Below are positions 26,255 through 41,000 of a stretch of DNA of 64,000 bases, in pieces. The notes beneath the pieces are model-generated. The model made no database searches, had not been told where the DNA came from, and saw nothing but the letters and a program-made list of their open reading frames with translations. The DNA lies in the NCBI GenBank assembly GCA_964016885.1, contig OZ024746.1, forward strand, positions 42,904,001 to 42,968,000, given 5' to 3'. The DNA comes from Eledone cirrhosa. Lineage: Eukaryota. A program made the translations under genes and the position numbers. The first letter of the stretch is position 1; each line of letters opens with the position of its first letter.

Positions 26255-26464
26255 CTAAAAAAAATGCATTCAGTACACTCTAAAGTAGTTGGTTATAGGA
26301 AGGGCATCCAGACATATAAATCAGGCCAAAAATAGAATGTTTCAGATAGAACATGGCCCCTTACCCACCTCGGAGAATGATAAGAACTGACAGACTGTTG
26401 CAATCCTTTCAAACTGTCAAAACAAGCAAGGCTTGTGTAAATTGATGATGATGATAATGATGAT
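26255..26464 (+). mobile_element. Old RTE 3'-UTR or SINE tail fragment
   Basis: gtagttggttataggaagggcatccag plus a (GAT)n end, as in the RTE 3' UTR at 13830-13991. Confidence 0.6.
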
Positions 26465-27779
26465 CACTCATAAATTACTTTATACCTCATGTCTATTCAG
26501 TTAACCACATCTTATTTGGCATTTTTTCTAAGCTAATTTTTAGTGATATTATATAATGACAAAACTATACCAATATCTATTTGCTCTTTCCACACTGGGT
26601 GTTTATTGAATTCTATTATCAACTATCATTTTCAAGCAAAAAAAACTATGTAAAATTATTTTATCCATTAATGTATCTCAAATAAAAATTTCATAGAAAT
26701 AAAAATTTTCGAAAATAAAATCAAGCTTAAATGTTATTGGAAAAAGAGTTTTCATTTATAATAAGAAATTCCCAAAAGAGAATTAAATCAACAACATAAG
26801 AATAAAAAAAAAAACACTGAATGTAAGAAATTAGTATTTGAGATAAGAAATAACTTAATTTCCTTGAGATGAGATGACCAATAACAATAGAAGAAAATTA
26901 TTTTGACGCTTTTATATTCTAATGAAAAGTCATTTTAAAACACAGTTATGATTCCTTATTTCTCCGATTAGTACTTGATAATGCTGACTGTGAAAAATTG
27001 GCAGCTGATAATATATTATTTGATCTATGTTAATATAATTGCCTTCTCAGCTCTGCAATATTCTTAAGATACTAGATTATAAGTCTTTTTTCTCTTTGTT
27101 TTCCTTCAACAAACACTAGATTTTATCTCATATCACATTAAAAGACATTGCTAATCTAGTTCTATTAATGGGCTCTAATGCTTTTATATTTACATACAAA
27201 ATGTATTAAGCTTTTACTGTTATTGTTTTTTAAGATTTAAGAGATTTTTTCTTAACATAAGACTGTACTTACAGACATACACATACTTTTATGTATGTTT
27301 CAATATACATATATATAAACCTTATTAAATCATTTCTTTTCTCAATATCAGTTTCATGCAATTTTAGAATTCGTGTTGTCATTGTCAGTGTTTATACTGC
27401 CAACACCAAAATTACCAAGGCTATTACAACCACTATATCATCATCATTACCACTATTTTAAAACTATTTCTTCCTGACTGGAATGAGTTGGGTAAGTCGG
27501 CAAAATACCTTATCATTGTTAAATTCCCCTAACCAGTCATGCACTTTCAGAAATGGTGGTACCACTTCTTACTAATAGTTTTTTATCCCCCAGAATGGCA
27601 ACAAATCATTGGTTAGAACCATTAAAGAATAACTTCTACCATGTGTATCCTCCACAATGGACAACATTTTCATCCATGTGTTCTTCATTCATATTACATA
27701 GTGTAGTCAGTTCTGTAAACACAAGCTATTGAACTACCTTCTCATTATTCACATACTTCTCTTCTATATTATTAAGGGA

Positions 27780-28005
27780 AACAATTGACAAGATCCCAGA
27801 TCTGATTTGCTTACTGATTTGATGAACTTTCCATTGGTCTTTTTATTGCTGATACAATCTACCAGTAATATCTCCTGGCAGAAGGAGAAATGTGATATAA
27901 AGTGTCTTGCTCAAGGACATAAAATATTGATGTTACGAGAATCAAACTTACAACCTCATGATTGTAAATCCAATTCTCTAGCCACTAAGCCACCCACATT
28001 CACAT
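27780..28005 (-). mobile_element. SINE with family B-type head and a different 3' tail
   Basis: On the - strand: ggcttagtggctagaga...ccttgagcaagacacttt, followed by a tail ending atctgggatcttgtcaat. The same tail is present in 29624-29845 (+). Confidence 0.6.
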
Positions 28006-29175
28006 CAATCGTAAATATTACTAGTAATTGTTAATGAACTGGGAATCAGGTAAAATTGGCCAAATTAATGGCCTTAATCAAGTTCAGTGGTGCCAAAATC
28101 TTTTTAGCAGAGATCTTTTATTTAATTGAATTTTTCCACAGATCCCAGATTTCTGAAAGCACATTCTACCATTCCAAGTTGGGAAACACTGCTTTTACTG
28201 GTAATAAGGATGATGTTAATTTCTTATTGGTGTGAATGGTAAGATTTTCCTGTAGTTATGATCATAATCATGTGGTGAGATATGAAACTACTCTATGTGA
28301 CCCACAATATAGCCAAAAAATAAAATGCCATCTGATATATAGAGCCGATCGTTGAGATAAACTATGCACTCAAAACATACTCATGCAACATTTGCAACAT
28401 CAAATACAGCCGTTGGCATGTCTAGCATAAGAAACTCAAACTTATATGGATCTCCTCTACGTATCCAATCTTTAATTGAAAGTTTTCATGCAGACTGCTC
28501 CATTTCAAGGTGTGTCAATCGGTCTCTAATTCTATCAACTCTGATGTATATCAAAGTAACTAACTCTACCTTTTCAACTGTTTTTATGTAGGCTTCTGTT
28601 CCTCTGAATTAACAAGTTATGCAACAAGTCCATTGTAATGTAGACATCTTAATGTGTATGTCTCTCCTATCATTATCTTTGGTATTCTGTAGACTAATTC
28701 TTCACTAAACATTTTTCTCATTATTCTTTTCTAGTATTACAACACGTCAGACCTGCTTCCTCACATTTTTACCACAGGTATCAATCTTCAAAAGTTCAAG
28801 CTGGACAGCAAGTGCATACATCTCAAAGCTTGAAAAGGCCTGCATAGATCATGATCACACCTCATCTAAGATGGAATATCAGCCAGATGTCAATTTAAAA
28901 GCTTCTTAGGTAGGAAACATACATCATTGCTGGGCGGCATAGGTTTTCTTGCCATATGCTGCCACCCAGCATTGGAGGAGATTGTAAATGAATGATAATT
29001 TCTATCAATTTAGGTTTTATAATATGCAAGTTATTTGAACAATGAGCAACTGTAAGTAAAAGAGATCATAATGGTTTCAATTATTAACTGTTGAAAGATA
29101 TATGAGTCTTATCATCACTAATATCTTAAACTTCAGTTGAATTACTAGAGGTCAAAAGATTGCTGTGAAGTATCA

Positions 29176-29363
29176 TTGTTTCTACATTTGGCACAAGGCC
29201 AGCAATTATCCCAGTGTATTACTGGTACTTTATTTTATCGACCCCATAAGGATGAAAGGCAAAGTTAACCTCGGTGGGATTTGAACTCAGAATGGCAAGG
29301 GCCGTAACTCTATGTGTCAAAGCATGGTGTCCGACCCTCTACCGATACTGCCAATCCACCGCC
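29176..29363 (-). mobile_element. SINE family A, full length
   Basis: Reverse complement of the family A sequence, from ggcggtggattggcagtatcggtagaggg to gtagaaacaa. Confidence 0.88.
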
Positions 29364-29623
29364 AAGTATAATGCATTAATGTTAGGTTTCCAAATATAAG
29401 AATCAAGTGCAGCTAGGTTCTTAACAAATGTACATATGCAAACACTCATGAAACCTCTGAAAAAACAGAATTTATCTTGTATCAGAATAATCTTTTTAAA
29501 ATGCCCCAAATTTCAAAACAGAGAAACTGATTCTGAAGATCATTCTAACAAGGACTAAGATGATGATTATGATGATGATCTCTAAATATGACACATTTTT
29601 AAAACGTTAATGTTTTTTGTATA

Positions 29624-29845
29624 TGCTTTAGTGGCTAGAGAGTTGGATTCACAATTGTGGGGTTGTGAGTTCAATTCCTGGACTTGAGCAAGACAATCCA
29701 TTTCACATTGCTCTTTCTAACAGGAGTTGTGACTGGCAGATAGGATCAGCAATGGTAAGACTAATGGAAATATTGTTTCCTTAGCCTGATCTAATTAATT
29801 TCATCCCATTAAGCAAATGACATCTGGGATCTTGTCAATCGTATT
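29624..29845 (+). mobile_element. SINE with family B-type head and a different 3' tail
   Basis: tagtggctagagagttgg...gtgagttcaattc...cttgagcaagaca...tttcacattgctc, then a tail ending catctgggatcttgtcaat shared with 27780-28005. Confidence 0.6.
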
Positions 29846-30873
29846 TTTTTTAATGCTTTTTGCATTAAAACAAAGCACAATTTATATAATAAGAAGAGTT
29901 TGGACATGAACATTGCTTGTTTGCCATACACCAATAAAGAAAGCATGGCATCTGTATTCAGTTAAGCAGAATAATGTGCCTTATCAGCTTAAAACACAAA
30001 AGGTGTTTTGAAAAGTAATTAGATCAATATATGGTTGTAGTCTTGTAATGAAGAGCTTCTAACTGTCACTCAATTAATCAGCACACTACTAGAATCCTTA
30101 ATGCTGTTTTGTGTCCATGGCTAAAATGCCTAATTCACAACTGGGCCAATCCATATAACTTTAAATAAGTATCATGGGAAGTAGAATTTCTTGCTACAAG
30201 CCACAGGAGAGTCATATAATTGATGAATGTTTTGGTAGCATGCAGGGTTGAGTTCAAATATTTTCATGAGTTTAATTTGGAGAGGAATTGACTCTGTGCA
30301 GCTTGTTTACCATATAGAATAATCTAAATAGAAATATACTCTTCAAGTGGAATTATCTGAAGCAAAGGTGTAATGGAACTCATTTGTTTATGTCAATGTG
30401 GCCTCAACTCAAACAAATATTTTCTGTATTATATATATGCCATCACTTGTTAGATATATATTAATCAAATCATGAAAGATTACTGATAAACCCATCAATA
30501 ACCAATAACTTCATATATTTCAAAGCTAATAACATACTTTTACACACTATTATACCTTACATGTTCTTTTCATTTAATGCCGATATCAACAACACCAAGT
30601 TGACATCTACTTCCTTCTCTAATAATTGCTATCCCTGTATCAAACAATGGTGGCAGTCAATATCACTAAACTATTATGTATTCAAAGTGTAGTTTAGTAA
30701 TTGGGGTTTAGGAAAGGAAATATGTTCAATGAATAGAATTTATTTTCAAACTTACATAGTCATGAGTATCATTTGTCAGTAAGTACTTAAAAAAATGTTA
30801 TTTCGGCATTTCAAATTATTTAATAATCACTAAAGATATTTCAATTGATAAATAATGTTACTGACATTCAGGG

Positions 30874-31091
30874 TAAGAGGGTCAGCTGAAAATTTCATAG
30901 GCTGCGAAACCCATTGACCGACTAAGATACTCTCATGGAATGACCAAATGAGGTTTATTTCTCAACACAGTCTCTGAAAAGAAACAATGCAGTCGATAAT
31001 AAGAAGAGTTAGAATTAAACTATGCAAGATTGCACAGCTCTAGCACCAATTCTTCATAGTCAGCCTATGAGCTTTTCAACCTACCCTTGTA
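30874..31091. mobile_element. Tc1/mariner-like MITE
   Basis: TA-bounded imperfect inverted termini taagagggtcagctgaaaatttcataggctg / cagcctatgagcttttcaacctacccttgta, 24 of 31 positions matching. Confidence 0.55.
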
Positions 31092-31454
31092 TTTAGTAGA
31101 TTACCTTTAAGTTCAAATCTGTTGAGATAAATGTTTAACACTTTTATTTGCATTTCCATTTACCGATATAACTTTTTTACTAATAAAATAATTGCTTTCA
31201 GAGTTGTACTGGTATGGTAAATGACATGATCTGAGACTGTGTTTTGAAACTATAGCAATTACAATAAAATTAATGATAAATATAAAGTAAATTTATCATT
31301 ATTTTTTCTTTCTGAATGGCTAAAATAACATTTCTACAGAATAAAATAATTACTGGACTACAAATTTATGTAGAATACAATTATGTGCAGACACAACCAT
31401 CTACACATATATTCACACTTGGTAAAAGAGGCTTGTACAAAGCTAATGGATTCA

Positions 31455-31720
31455 TCATGATCGTCATCGTTTAACGTTTATCTTTCTGTACTTGTATGGG
31501 TTAGATGGTTGACACGTTATGAGACAAGTCAGGTCTAGAGACCATATCATGCTAATATGGATCTGAATTTTGGCTTGGTTTCAACAGCTGGATACCTGTC
31601 CTAACACCAACCTCATTACAGTTTGGCCTGGGTGCTTTTTACCGTGGCACTGAAACAACCATCTAACAAGGTGGAGTGGGTGCTTTTTGTCATATCACCA
31701 GCATGACCATCTTACATGAC
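31455..31720 (-). mobile_element. Diverged RTE 3'-UTR fragment
   Basis: cagctggatacctgtcctaacaccaacctcattacag...gggtgctttttaccgtggcac is the reverse complement of the RTE tail, with catcat at the left end. Confidence 0.7.
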
Positions 31721-31739
31721 TATACAGTATAATTTGACG

Positions 31740-32045
31740 TGTCTTCTTCTTTGCCCACTTAGTTCTGAGAGAGTCATGAGGGCAGAGTCCTCAAACACTC
31801 CTTCCAGTGGATCTTGTCAAAAGCAGCTAACCCAATTGATGTAACTGGATTTATTAAGCAAGACCAGCTGAGCTCATGGATATTATCCAACCATCTTACT
31901 CAGGGTCTATCCCTGGGTTTCCTACTGGTTAGTTTTGCCCATAAAATCTGTCCAGCTATTCTTTTCTTAGACATTCTAACCCCATATCCATAATATCAGA
32001 GCTGTGATCTCTCAATTCAGAGAAGTAGCAGCTCTACCTGCATTT
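31740..32045 (-). mobile_element. Old RTE (Expander/Rex3-like) 3' fragment
   Basis: The - strand is colinear with 1220-1700 (gagatcacagct..., ttagaatgtct..., ggacagattttat..., atccatgagct...), without the 184-bp insert. Confidence 0.7.
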
Positions 32046-35000
32046 TAATTTTGATAGATATTATTTATATAATATTTGTGAATTATTGGAGGTAATTGGA
32101 AAATTGAATTAAACTGTAAAACGCTTATTGAAATACTTTTAATTAGTTGCTATATTGTTTTCTATATAACAGTAAATGCAATGAAATCAAGGTATTTATA
32201 AGTTAAGATACTGAATATAATGTAAGATGACATTATTGGAAAACTGCCTGAGATGCTATTCTGGAATGTTTGATATGCTAAGAAGAACTATTGATTCAGT
32301 CGGATATTGGTTGAATTGGAATAAACCTTGCTTAGAGTGGTGTTGAAAACCATTGCTTAGATTAAACTAATGTCCTGGTTTAGAGAAATTGATTATGTTG
32401 TGATATCAATTAATTCCACTTAATGGTAGTAAGTGCAAGGAACTGGCTTGATTTGATTGCTGCTCTTAATTTGACAAAGGTACTTTATTCAGTCACAAAT
32501 ACTGAACAATTTCCAAATTGGAACTAAACATTCATTGAAGTTGGTATCAGGTGCCTTTTCTTACAGGTATATTTTGATGAGATTATTGACCTTTTTCAGT
32601 TTTAAATAATTCCTCTATATTCAAATATGGATGATACACTAATAATAAATAGAAATGCTATTTTTACTGTAATTAGTTTTACTATTATAGATTATATTAA
32701 AAGTATAATACAAAAGTATCTATTGTTAAATAATCGTTTTCTAGTATCCTTAGTAATATACACTGATTGCTGGTTTATCAATATTCCTTTCCCATTGGTT
32801 CATATGAAATACCAGTAAAATTAAAACTGGTCAATGATACCAAGCACCAACACCAAATTCCTAATAAAATTTAAATAACTCAATTAATTCTTAGATTTAA
32901 TATTTAGCTGTAAACTGCTGAATAAAAAACAATTATGAAGATTTATCATCAGAGTTTGTTACAAATATTTATTGGGGAAAAAAAAAACCTCATGTAGGTT
33001 TCACCTTCAATTTTCTTCTTACACTTAAGAGTACTGCAGTTTGTCAAGGTATTACATTTCTTGCTACAAGTGTATATTATGTGTATTGTCTACTACTAAA
33101 AAAATAAATATTTTATAAAGTACAATGAAAATCCGTCACATAATTGTATTTAACAATCTATAATCTTTAGTTCTTTTTGTGACAAAGGAAAAATAAGAAA
33201 TAAATACAAAAGAAAAAGCAATTAAATAAACTAGAAAAATACTGCAAACTTTGGTACACTGGTTCTGTGTTTGCTTTTATCACTAAAACTGAAGAAAACT
33301 TTGAAAAAAGATAACATGTTATTTGAAGTGTAAAATGCAGAAGACTTTCATATTAACAAATGTTACAAAATATAATTGAGCTCAAAGAAGCCTGAAAGAA
33401 AATATTAACATTGTATAGATGCAATTTGGCAGGCTGTAAGTAATCCTATTTCATTACTGTATGTATTTATACTTTTCATCTATTCTCTATTGAGTGGAAT
33501 TTTCAGTTTTGTGAAGCTTATTTGGAAAATAAGCCGAAAATGAACATTTAAGAAAATTGCAAAAATTACAAACAGAAACAATTTTAGGTAAGAAAGTTTC
33601 TTTGAAAGAAAAAAAATTAAATAAATCTGTACCATGCTTGAAAGTACTAATTTTTTCTTTTACCACTGACACTTGAGGAAACTTTGAAAAAAAATGACAA
33701 TGTGTTATTTAAACAGAAACAATATTAGTTAACAATATTAGCCTTAGGGGTTCATAAAACTGGTGCATAACTCAAGATCTAGCAGCAGTAACAAAAATAA
33801 ACCATTTAAAGAGAGTTTTGAAAGTATCTTGAATAGTTATGTTGGTCATTTTTTATAACAGAAAGCTCACAAACCTCACAATGAGATTTATGGAGATGGT
33901 ATTCCTTACTACAGTTAAAATCTCTATTGGATGTTTTATGGAGTAAACATGTATGATCGTACATAAACTACTTCATACAGTGCATAAGAAAGAAAATTCA
34001 TATTATCTACAAAGATATACTTTTGAAGATAGAAATACATATTGATTTTTCACATTGGTTCATGACTAAATTGCAAGTGATTGAATTGTCCTCAGTACAA
34101 AGCTGGATCATTTTTGTTTATGCTGACTGGATGAAAGCAATGATAATTGCAGTGCAACTTGAAGTCAGATTATTGAGGATCAAAATGAAACACTTTAATT
34201 TCAGTTCATAATTTTGTTATAACTGTCATTCTATTGTTTTTCTTTGAAGATAAATTGATAGGCACAAGATCTCAAGTTATTTTAGGAAAATATATATTTG
34301 ATTAAAGTTACACTAATACATAACTGGTACTGGTTTATTGATCCTGGAAGGAATGTTACTCAATACCACGATGAATTGGCTTAATCACATTACAAATTCT
34401 GCCATTATATTGCAAACAAAATTTCAATTAACATAGTAGATATTAAGAATTATATATACATATTAGAATTAAGAACCATATTCGGTAGGTTAGAAAAAAA
34501 AACAGAACAAATATATACTGTACAGAATTGTTTCATATATGTAAGATACAAACAACTGTTTTATATAATCTGATTTGATATTGAATCAAAACAACAACAG
34601 AGTTTGTTATAAACTGCAGGAAAAGATAAGCAGACAAGCACTAGTGCTATTTAGAAAGGTTTATAAAGACATACTATTGGATGTTGTCGACTGCTTAATT
34701 TATAAAAAGAAAATAAATATATTCTTTTTGTAATAACTGATGAAAATAACCAACCTCTTTTAACATTCATATTTTAGTAGAATATGATGAAAATTTTACA
34801 GACATAACCATTAAATCATAACACATTGTTCATTAATTCTTAAAACACATAACTTGAATGTTAAAAATTGATTTCCCAAAAAGGATCCTAATGTAGAATT
34901 AAACTTGAAGAAAAATCATTATATTTTATTGTAAATATAAATACGTTTTTAATGTTGTTTAGAAATAATATTGAAACAAATGAAGATGCATTATTTAAAA

Positions 35001-37725
35001 AATAACATGTGAACAACATGTTTGTTGTCGTAAATCTTTTCATAAAAAAATAACTTTAACAAATACCAAAACCTTAAACTACATTTATATGCAGAATTTG
35101 AAAAGAAATATTTTAAAAGTATTCATCAATGATCTTTATACTTTTTATGTCTTATTAGATTAAGTATCTCTGAAAATTAGATGTCTATTCCACTTTTTTT
35201 ATTCACTTTTGAACACAGTTGTATTCATCTAAAAAACAATTTGCCACAGACATTTTCTAAGTCATTTCATTGTTTAAAATGCATCAAACCTGATTTTGTC
35301 CAGCAGATTTAAGCTTAACCTCAATAGTCACGAGACATTATATAGGAATATATATATTTTTATTTATTACATATAGCTTCAGACATATATTACTGATTTA
35401 TTCTTAAAATAATAAATATCTTATTCTGTTTTACTTCAATACATTGACTATTCTTGTCTGGACTTTACTATTTGCTTACTCAAGTCAATATATCTACCAA
35501 GGAAGTTTATTTTAGAATTATCTTTGACTATCTGTTTCAGAAGTGCATATATTTCAGAAGTACATATATATTGAAAATTAATTTGTCTTTTTTTTTATCG
35601 GTTCTTTGTTTGTATTCTGTTCGGAATTCATTGATAAAACTAAGATATCCAAATGGCATTCACTTTCAAATGTGTTCTAAAATAAGAAAACTAAACAGAG
35701 AAGTCAACAGTGTGCTTTTGTGTTGTTTCGCCAGAAAAACAAGAGGAAACCTATAACAATGAAACACCATTATTAACTTAAATGTAACTGTCACCATAGA
35801 ATCTTTTTTCATCATTATATATCAAATCTCCTATGAATTCAGGGAGAATGCACAAAAGTAAATTTCTTTTTAAATTAGTTTTTCAAATAATTAGTAAAAA
35901 ATTTTGAAAGCTATTTGCTTATTTAGAAAAAGATTACAATCTTTACTTCAAACATATAATGAAAACCCAGTTGAAAAGATTAAAAACATTAAAAATTATG
36001 AAAATAATTTCCAATTATTACTCAAGTATGCTGGAGACTACCAAAATCAATGTGCAAAAAAGCTAATCTTGTAAGAATAATAGAGAATCTATCATGATGG
36101 GAACATTTTCATAAATAGGTGATGCATGTCCAATAATATATATTCTGAATGTAGCTAGCTGGCTTACACAAAAAGATAAAGTTGGAATATATAAGGGATC
36201 TAAGAACATTGGGTAAGACACATATTCTGTAAAAATGCTTGGAAGAAAGCCATTCAAGATGATTCAATGACTGAGGTTAGGATATGTAACAATAACATAA
36301 AATGTTCGTAGCTACCACAAACGAAAAAAAAAAAAACACAAAAAAACAGCTAATAGAGTTAGAAAAATCCTACAAGAAATTAATATTAATGTCAAAGATG
36401 AAGAAATTGTTTATCATTTGCAACCCTTATCCTCGTTATAGAAATATATGTAGAAACAACAGCACAATTTTTGTAAGAAACCTGCCTATGAATTAAAAAG
36501 AAAGAAAAAACCAGAAATGTGTCTCATGTGATGTCAACTGGAATTTTATAAACAAGAGACCACATTGAGAACAAGTGTAATATTTCAAGAACATTGAAAC
36601 AATAAAATTAAGAGAAAATGTTCAACTGGGTTCTAACAACAGTATTCTCAACAATAGTTGATCAATTGGTAACCTTGGTATCCAAAAGATCCAAGGGTGT
36701 ATGAAGTTACTTAGTAAATCAGTGTATGGAAGTGTAAACCTAGCCTTGACTATATGTCTGCATAGTGTAGCAAAAGTGCATCTGACACAAAGTGTACTGA
36801 TGCTTTCTCACTGTAATATATACTCTGAAAACATTGCTCTCTTTGTACTGTTTTATTTGTAATTTTACTTTCACTTGTTTCCATCATTGGACTGTGGCTA
36901 TGTTGCACTTTGCCCCCAAAGGATTTTAGTCAATTGCTTTGACTCCAGTGCCTAATTTGGTACTAAATTTATCAATCGCTATTTATGAAAGGTTTAATTA
37001 AGTTCAACTAAAAATTATCTCTCTTTAAAAATGTAAACACTTTAAAGTATTTACATTGATATATAAAACCAAAATACACCAAACTATACACACACTGACA
37101 TACACACAAACATTCACATATGTATATATGACAGGCTTCAAATATAGTTTCACTCACAAGACACTGGTCAATCAGAGACTATGGCAGAAAACACTTGATC
37201 AAGGGCTACACAGGAAGACTGAACCCAGAACCATGTGGTTGTGAAGTAATTTTTTGCACACATACAGCTACATTTGTAGCCATATATCATCATCATTTTA
37301 TGTCAATTTTCCATGCTGGCATGGGTTGAGCAGGCTGTTAAAATCTAAGTCAGTTCTTCTTCAGAGTTAGTGGTGTATGAAAGAGAGGGGAGAATAAGAT
37401 GAGATGGTTAGACATTTGTACATCACTGGATTATAGAGAGGTATACTTGTATAATACATATATGGGTTTTAGTGCATGCCTAGAAACAGAGACAGGGTTA
37501 TACATGTATGCCCATCTAACCTATGCGGGTATGGAAAATAGATTTTAAAAGATTACAATTCTGATTATATATATAGAGAGAAAGATAGTAGAGTAAAATC
37601 AAAGGGGGAATGACTCAGTACATTAGTAGAGTATAAACATCATTATTTAATATAATAATGGCTTCTAGAGGACTAAAACTGTTTCATTCATATGAAATCA
37701 TCTGATATACTCTATACACACACAC

Positions 37726-37779
<54 letters not shown>

Positions 37780-37815
37780 AATTACATGAATCAAAGTTCT
37801 GTTCAAACCATTTAT

Positions 37816-37864
37816 TAGCTTACAATTGTTTCGTCCAAACCGAGGTTTGGAGTCTTCGGAGCAA
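37816..37864 (-). ncRNA. Degenerate minimal hammerhead ribozyme motif
   Basis: - strand: gct CCGAAGA c tccaaacc-tc-ggtttgga c GAAA c-[aatt]-g TA agc, then taataaa. It departs from consensus by U4>C in the core and a C.C mismatch at the base of stem II. Confidence 0.45.
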
Positions 37865-38093
37865 TTTTTCAATGATTGCTTACATACATGACCTCCTTTC
37901 CAACACAAGAGGCATACAGAAACATATGTATGTATCGATGCACAGTGCGGTGACATCCATTATAATATTTTAGCATGGCAATTTACATTCAAAAATTAAA
38001 ATCATATTAAAAGAAAATTAAAACAAAATTAAAGTTAAAATACAACATCGGCAGTTTACGAAGATAATGCAAGAGGATAGTTTGAAGTAGTTA

Positions 38094-38306
38094 GTGCTTT
38101 TTTTGCCGTGGCACCTCCACAACCACTTTACAGTGGAATGATATGGACCTCAGTCTCTATCATCTCATTTCTACAGCTGAGTAAACTGGAGCAATGTGAA
38201 ATAAAGTGTCTTGCTCAAGGAAACAACACATCACCCGGTCTGAGAATTGAACTCACAATCTTTCGATTGCAAGGCCAATGCTCTAACCACTAAGCCATAT
38301 GCCTCC
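38094..38306 (-). mobile_element. SINE family B, 3'-truncated
   Basis: Reverse complement of 38904-39090: tRNA-like head plus ccttgagcaagacactttatttcacattgctccag body. Confidence 0.85.
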
Positions 38307-38382
38307 ATAAATGTATACACACATATATATATATGTGTATACATTTATATGTATATAAATATATGTATATATTTATATATGT

Positions 38383-38605
38383 ATATTGTTATACTTGGGA
38401 AGGGTTATATTTGTGTAACAATATTGCCAGAATTAATAACAGAACACACAGTTGGTCAGTCAATGGTAACATTGAGGACCGAATAAATTAAATTTACCGA
38501 TATAAAAGACACAGAAGCGAAAACCAACCAAACAGTGAGTGTGTTCTGTTATTAATTCTGGCAATATTATTACACAAATATGACCCTCCCCAAGTATAAC
38601 AATAT
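38383..38605. repeat. 67-bp inverted repeat around an 89-bp spacer (MITE-like or Penelope-derived foldback)
   Basis: 38383-38449 versus the reverse complement of 38539-38605 gives 64/67 identity. Confidence 0.85.
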
Positions 38606-38668
38606 TTGTTTCGACACGATTTCATATCAAAATCCTCGCAAAACTAATTCATCGGCGTTATATATGGA

Positions 38669-39224
<556 letters not shown>

Positions 39225-39328
39225 ATGTATACATTTATATGTATATACATATATATATATTTATATATGTATACATTTATATGTATATGTATATATATAT
39301 ATATATACGTTTATATATATATATATAT

Positions 39329-39820
39329 ATATTTATTAAAATAACAGATTAAAGTTTAAGCTGCTTTCATACTTAACGGGATCTTCTGAAACTAAAAAAA
39401 TCAATCTGTGAACGCAGAAGTAAATATTTCGAAAAACGTTGCAACCGAAGGAAGACAGGAAGACGATACTTTGATTCCTGAAGACGTGCCTGGCAAAGAA
39501 CGGAAAAAAACAAAGATAATACGTCATTATTTGGGCGGTGGATTGGCAGTATCGGTAGAGGGTCGGACACCATGCTTTCCCGCATAGTTACGTCCCTTTA
39601 CGATCTGAGTTCAAATCCCGCCGAGGTTGACTTTGCCTTTCATCCTTACGGGGTCGATAAAATAAAGAACAATTACACGCAAAGACAAAAACACCCGCCA
39701 TGGGTATGCAAATACAGGCACATACACAAAAACACGCGCACACATACAAACACCCACGCAACGCCTGTACCCGCACACATACAAACGTGTACACCAAATA
39801 CACATAAAACATATATAAAA

Positions 39821-39902
<82 letters not shown>

Positions 39903-40718
39903 ATACATATCATTATATAAACGTATATAAATATACATACATAAATACGTATATAACGCGCGCAAACACATATCTACATGTAAATACACATATGTCCGCT
40001 AAACCTACGCCAACCAAAACACAAAGTACACATATACACTCACCTTACATACGTGCAAACCCGCATACACACACGACCGCAAAGCTCACGTATACGCATA
40101 ACCATAACCCATGTACCAGTATATATAATATAATATATATGCCTATAACAAATACAAGTGAAAGTATACGTACCTTCACAAAACGAACTTTTTGCATTAT
40201 TCTTAACTCTGATAAAATAAAGTACCAGTAATACACTGGGTATTTGCTGGCCTTGTGCCAAACGTAGAAACAATTATTATTAACTCTGAAGCCGAGAATC
40301 ATTCAGTTTCCTAAATAGAATTTTAGTCTATGACTTCAGTTATACCATAAACGTGATTTTGTCTTTGCATGTAACTGTTCTCAGCGCTCCACATAATGAC
40401 GTATTATCTTCGCTTCTCCACGAACCCCCTAATAGAATATTAGTCTACGACTCCATTTAAACCATAAACGTGGTTTTTGTCTTTGCGTGTAATTGTTCTC
40501 CACGCTCCAAATAATGACGTATTATCTTCATTTTTTCCCGTTCTTTGCCAGGCACGTCTCCACGAACCAAAGTATCGTCTTCCTGTCTTCTTTCGGTTGC
40601 AACGTTTTTCGAAATATTTACTTCTGCATTCACAGATTGATTTAGTTTCAGAAGATCCCGTTAAGGGTGTAAGCAGCGATTCTTTGCTTAAACTTTAATC
40701 TGTTATTTTAATAAATAT
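39329..40718. mobile_element. Composite element with ~205-bp inverted arms, a split SINE A, (TG)n and a ~118-bp tandem duplication; possibly Penelope-derived
   Basis: 39329-39534 is the reverse complement of 40507-40718 with some divergence. SINE A head lies at 39534-39667 and its tail at 40211-40276. Direct repeats lie at ~40313-40428 and ~40430-40530. Confidence 0.75.
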
Positions 40719-41000
40719 TTGTTCTTATATATTTGATATATATTTATCCTTATCGAGCCCTCTTTGGATTTTAGTCTTCTAATTTATTATTATTACTATA
40801 TATATATATATATATTCCAAGCATATTAGATGATTTATAACAAAGATAAATAAGGGTGGTCATTAAAATAGAAACCAATGTGTTCCAAGTAATAACAGAA
40901 AAGGGGAAAATGTATGAATATAGATAAAGAGAATAAATGGAAAATGATGAAATGGAAAAATAAAATAAATTAAAAATTAAAATAAAAAAAATAAGAAAAT

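Noticed and set aside
38595-38662. Minus-strand hammerhead-like CCGATGA...GAAAC next to the 67-bp inverted repeat
   Set aside because: Core substitution, unpaired stem III and a poor stem II base. Kept only as weak context for the family finding.
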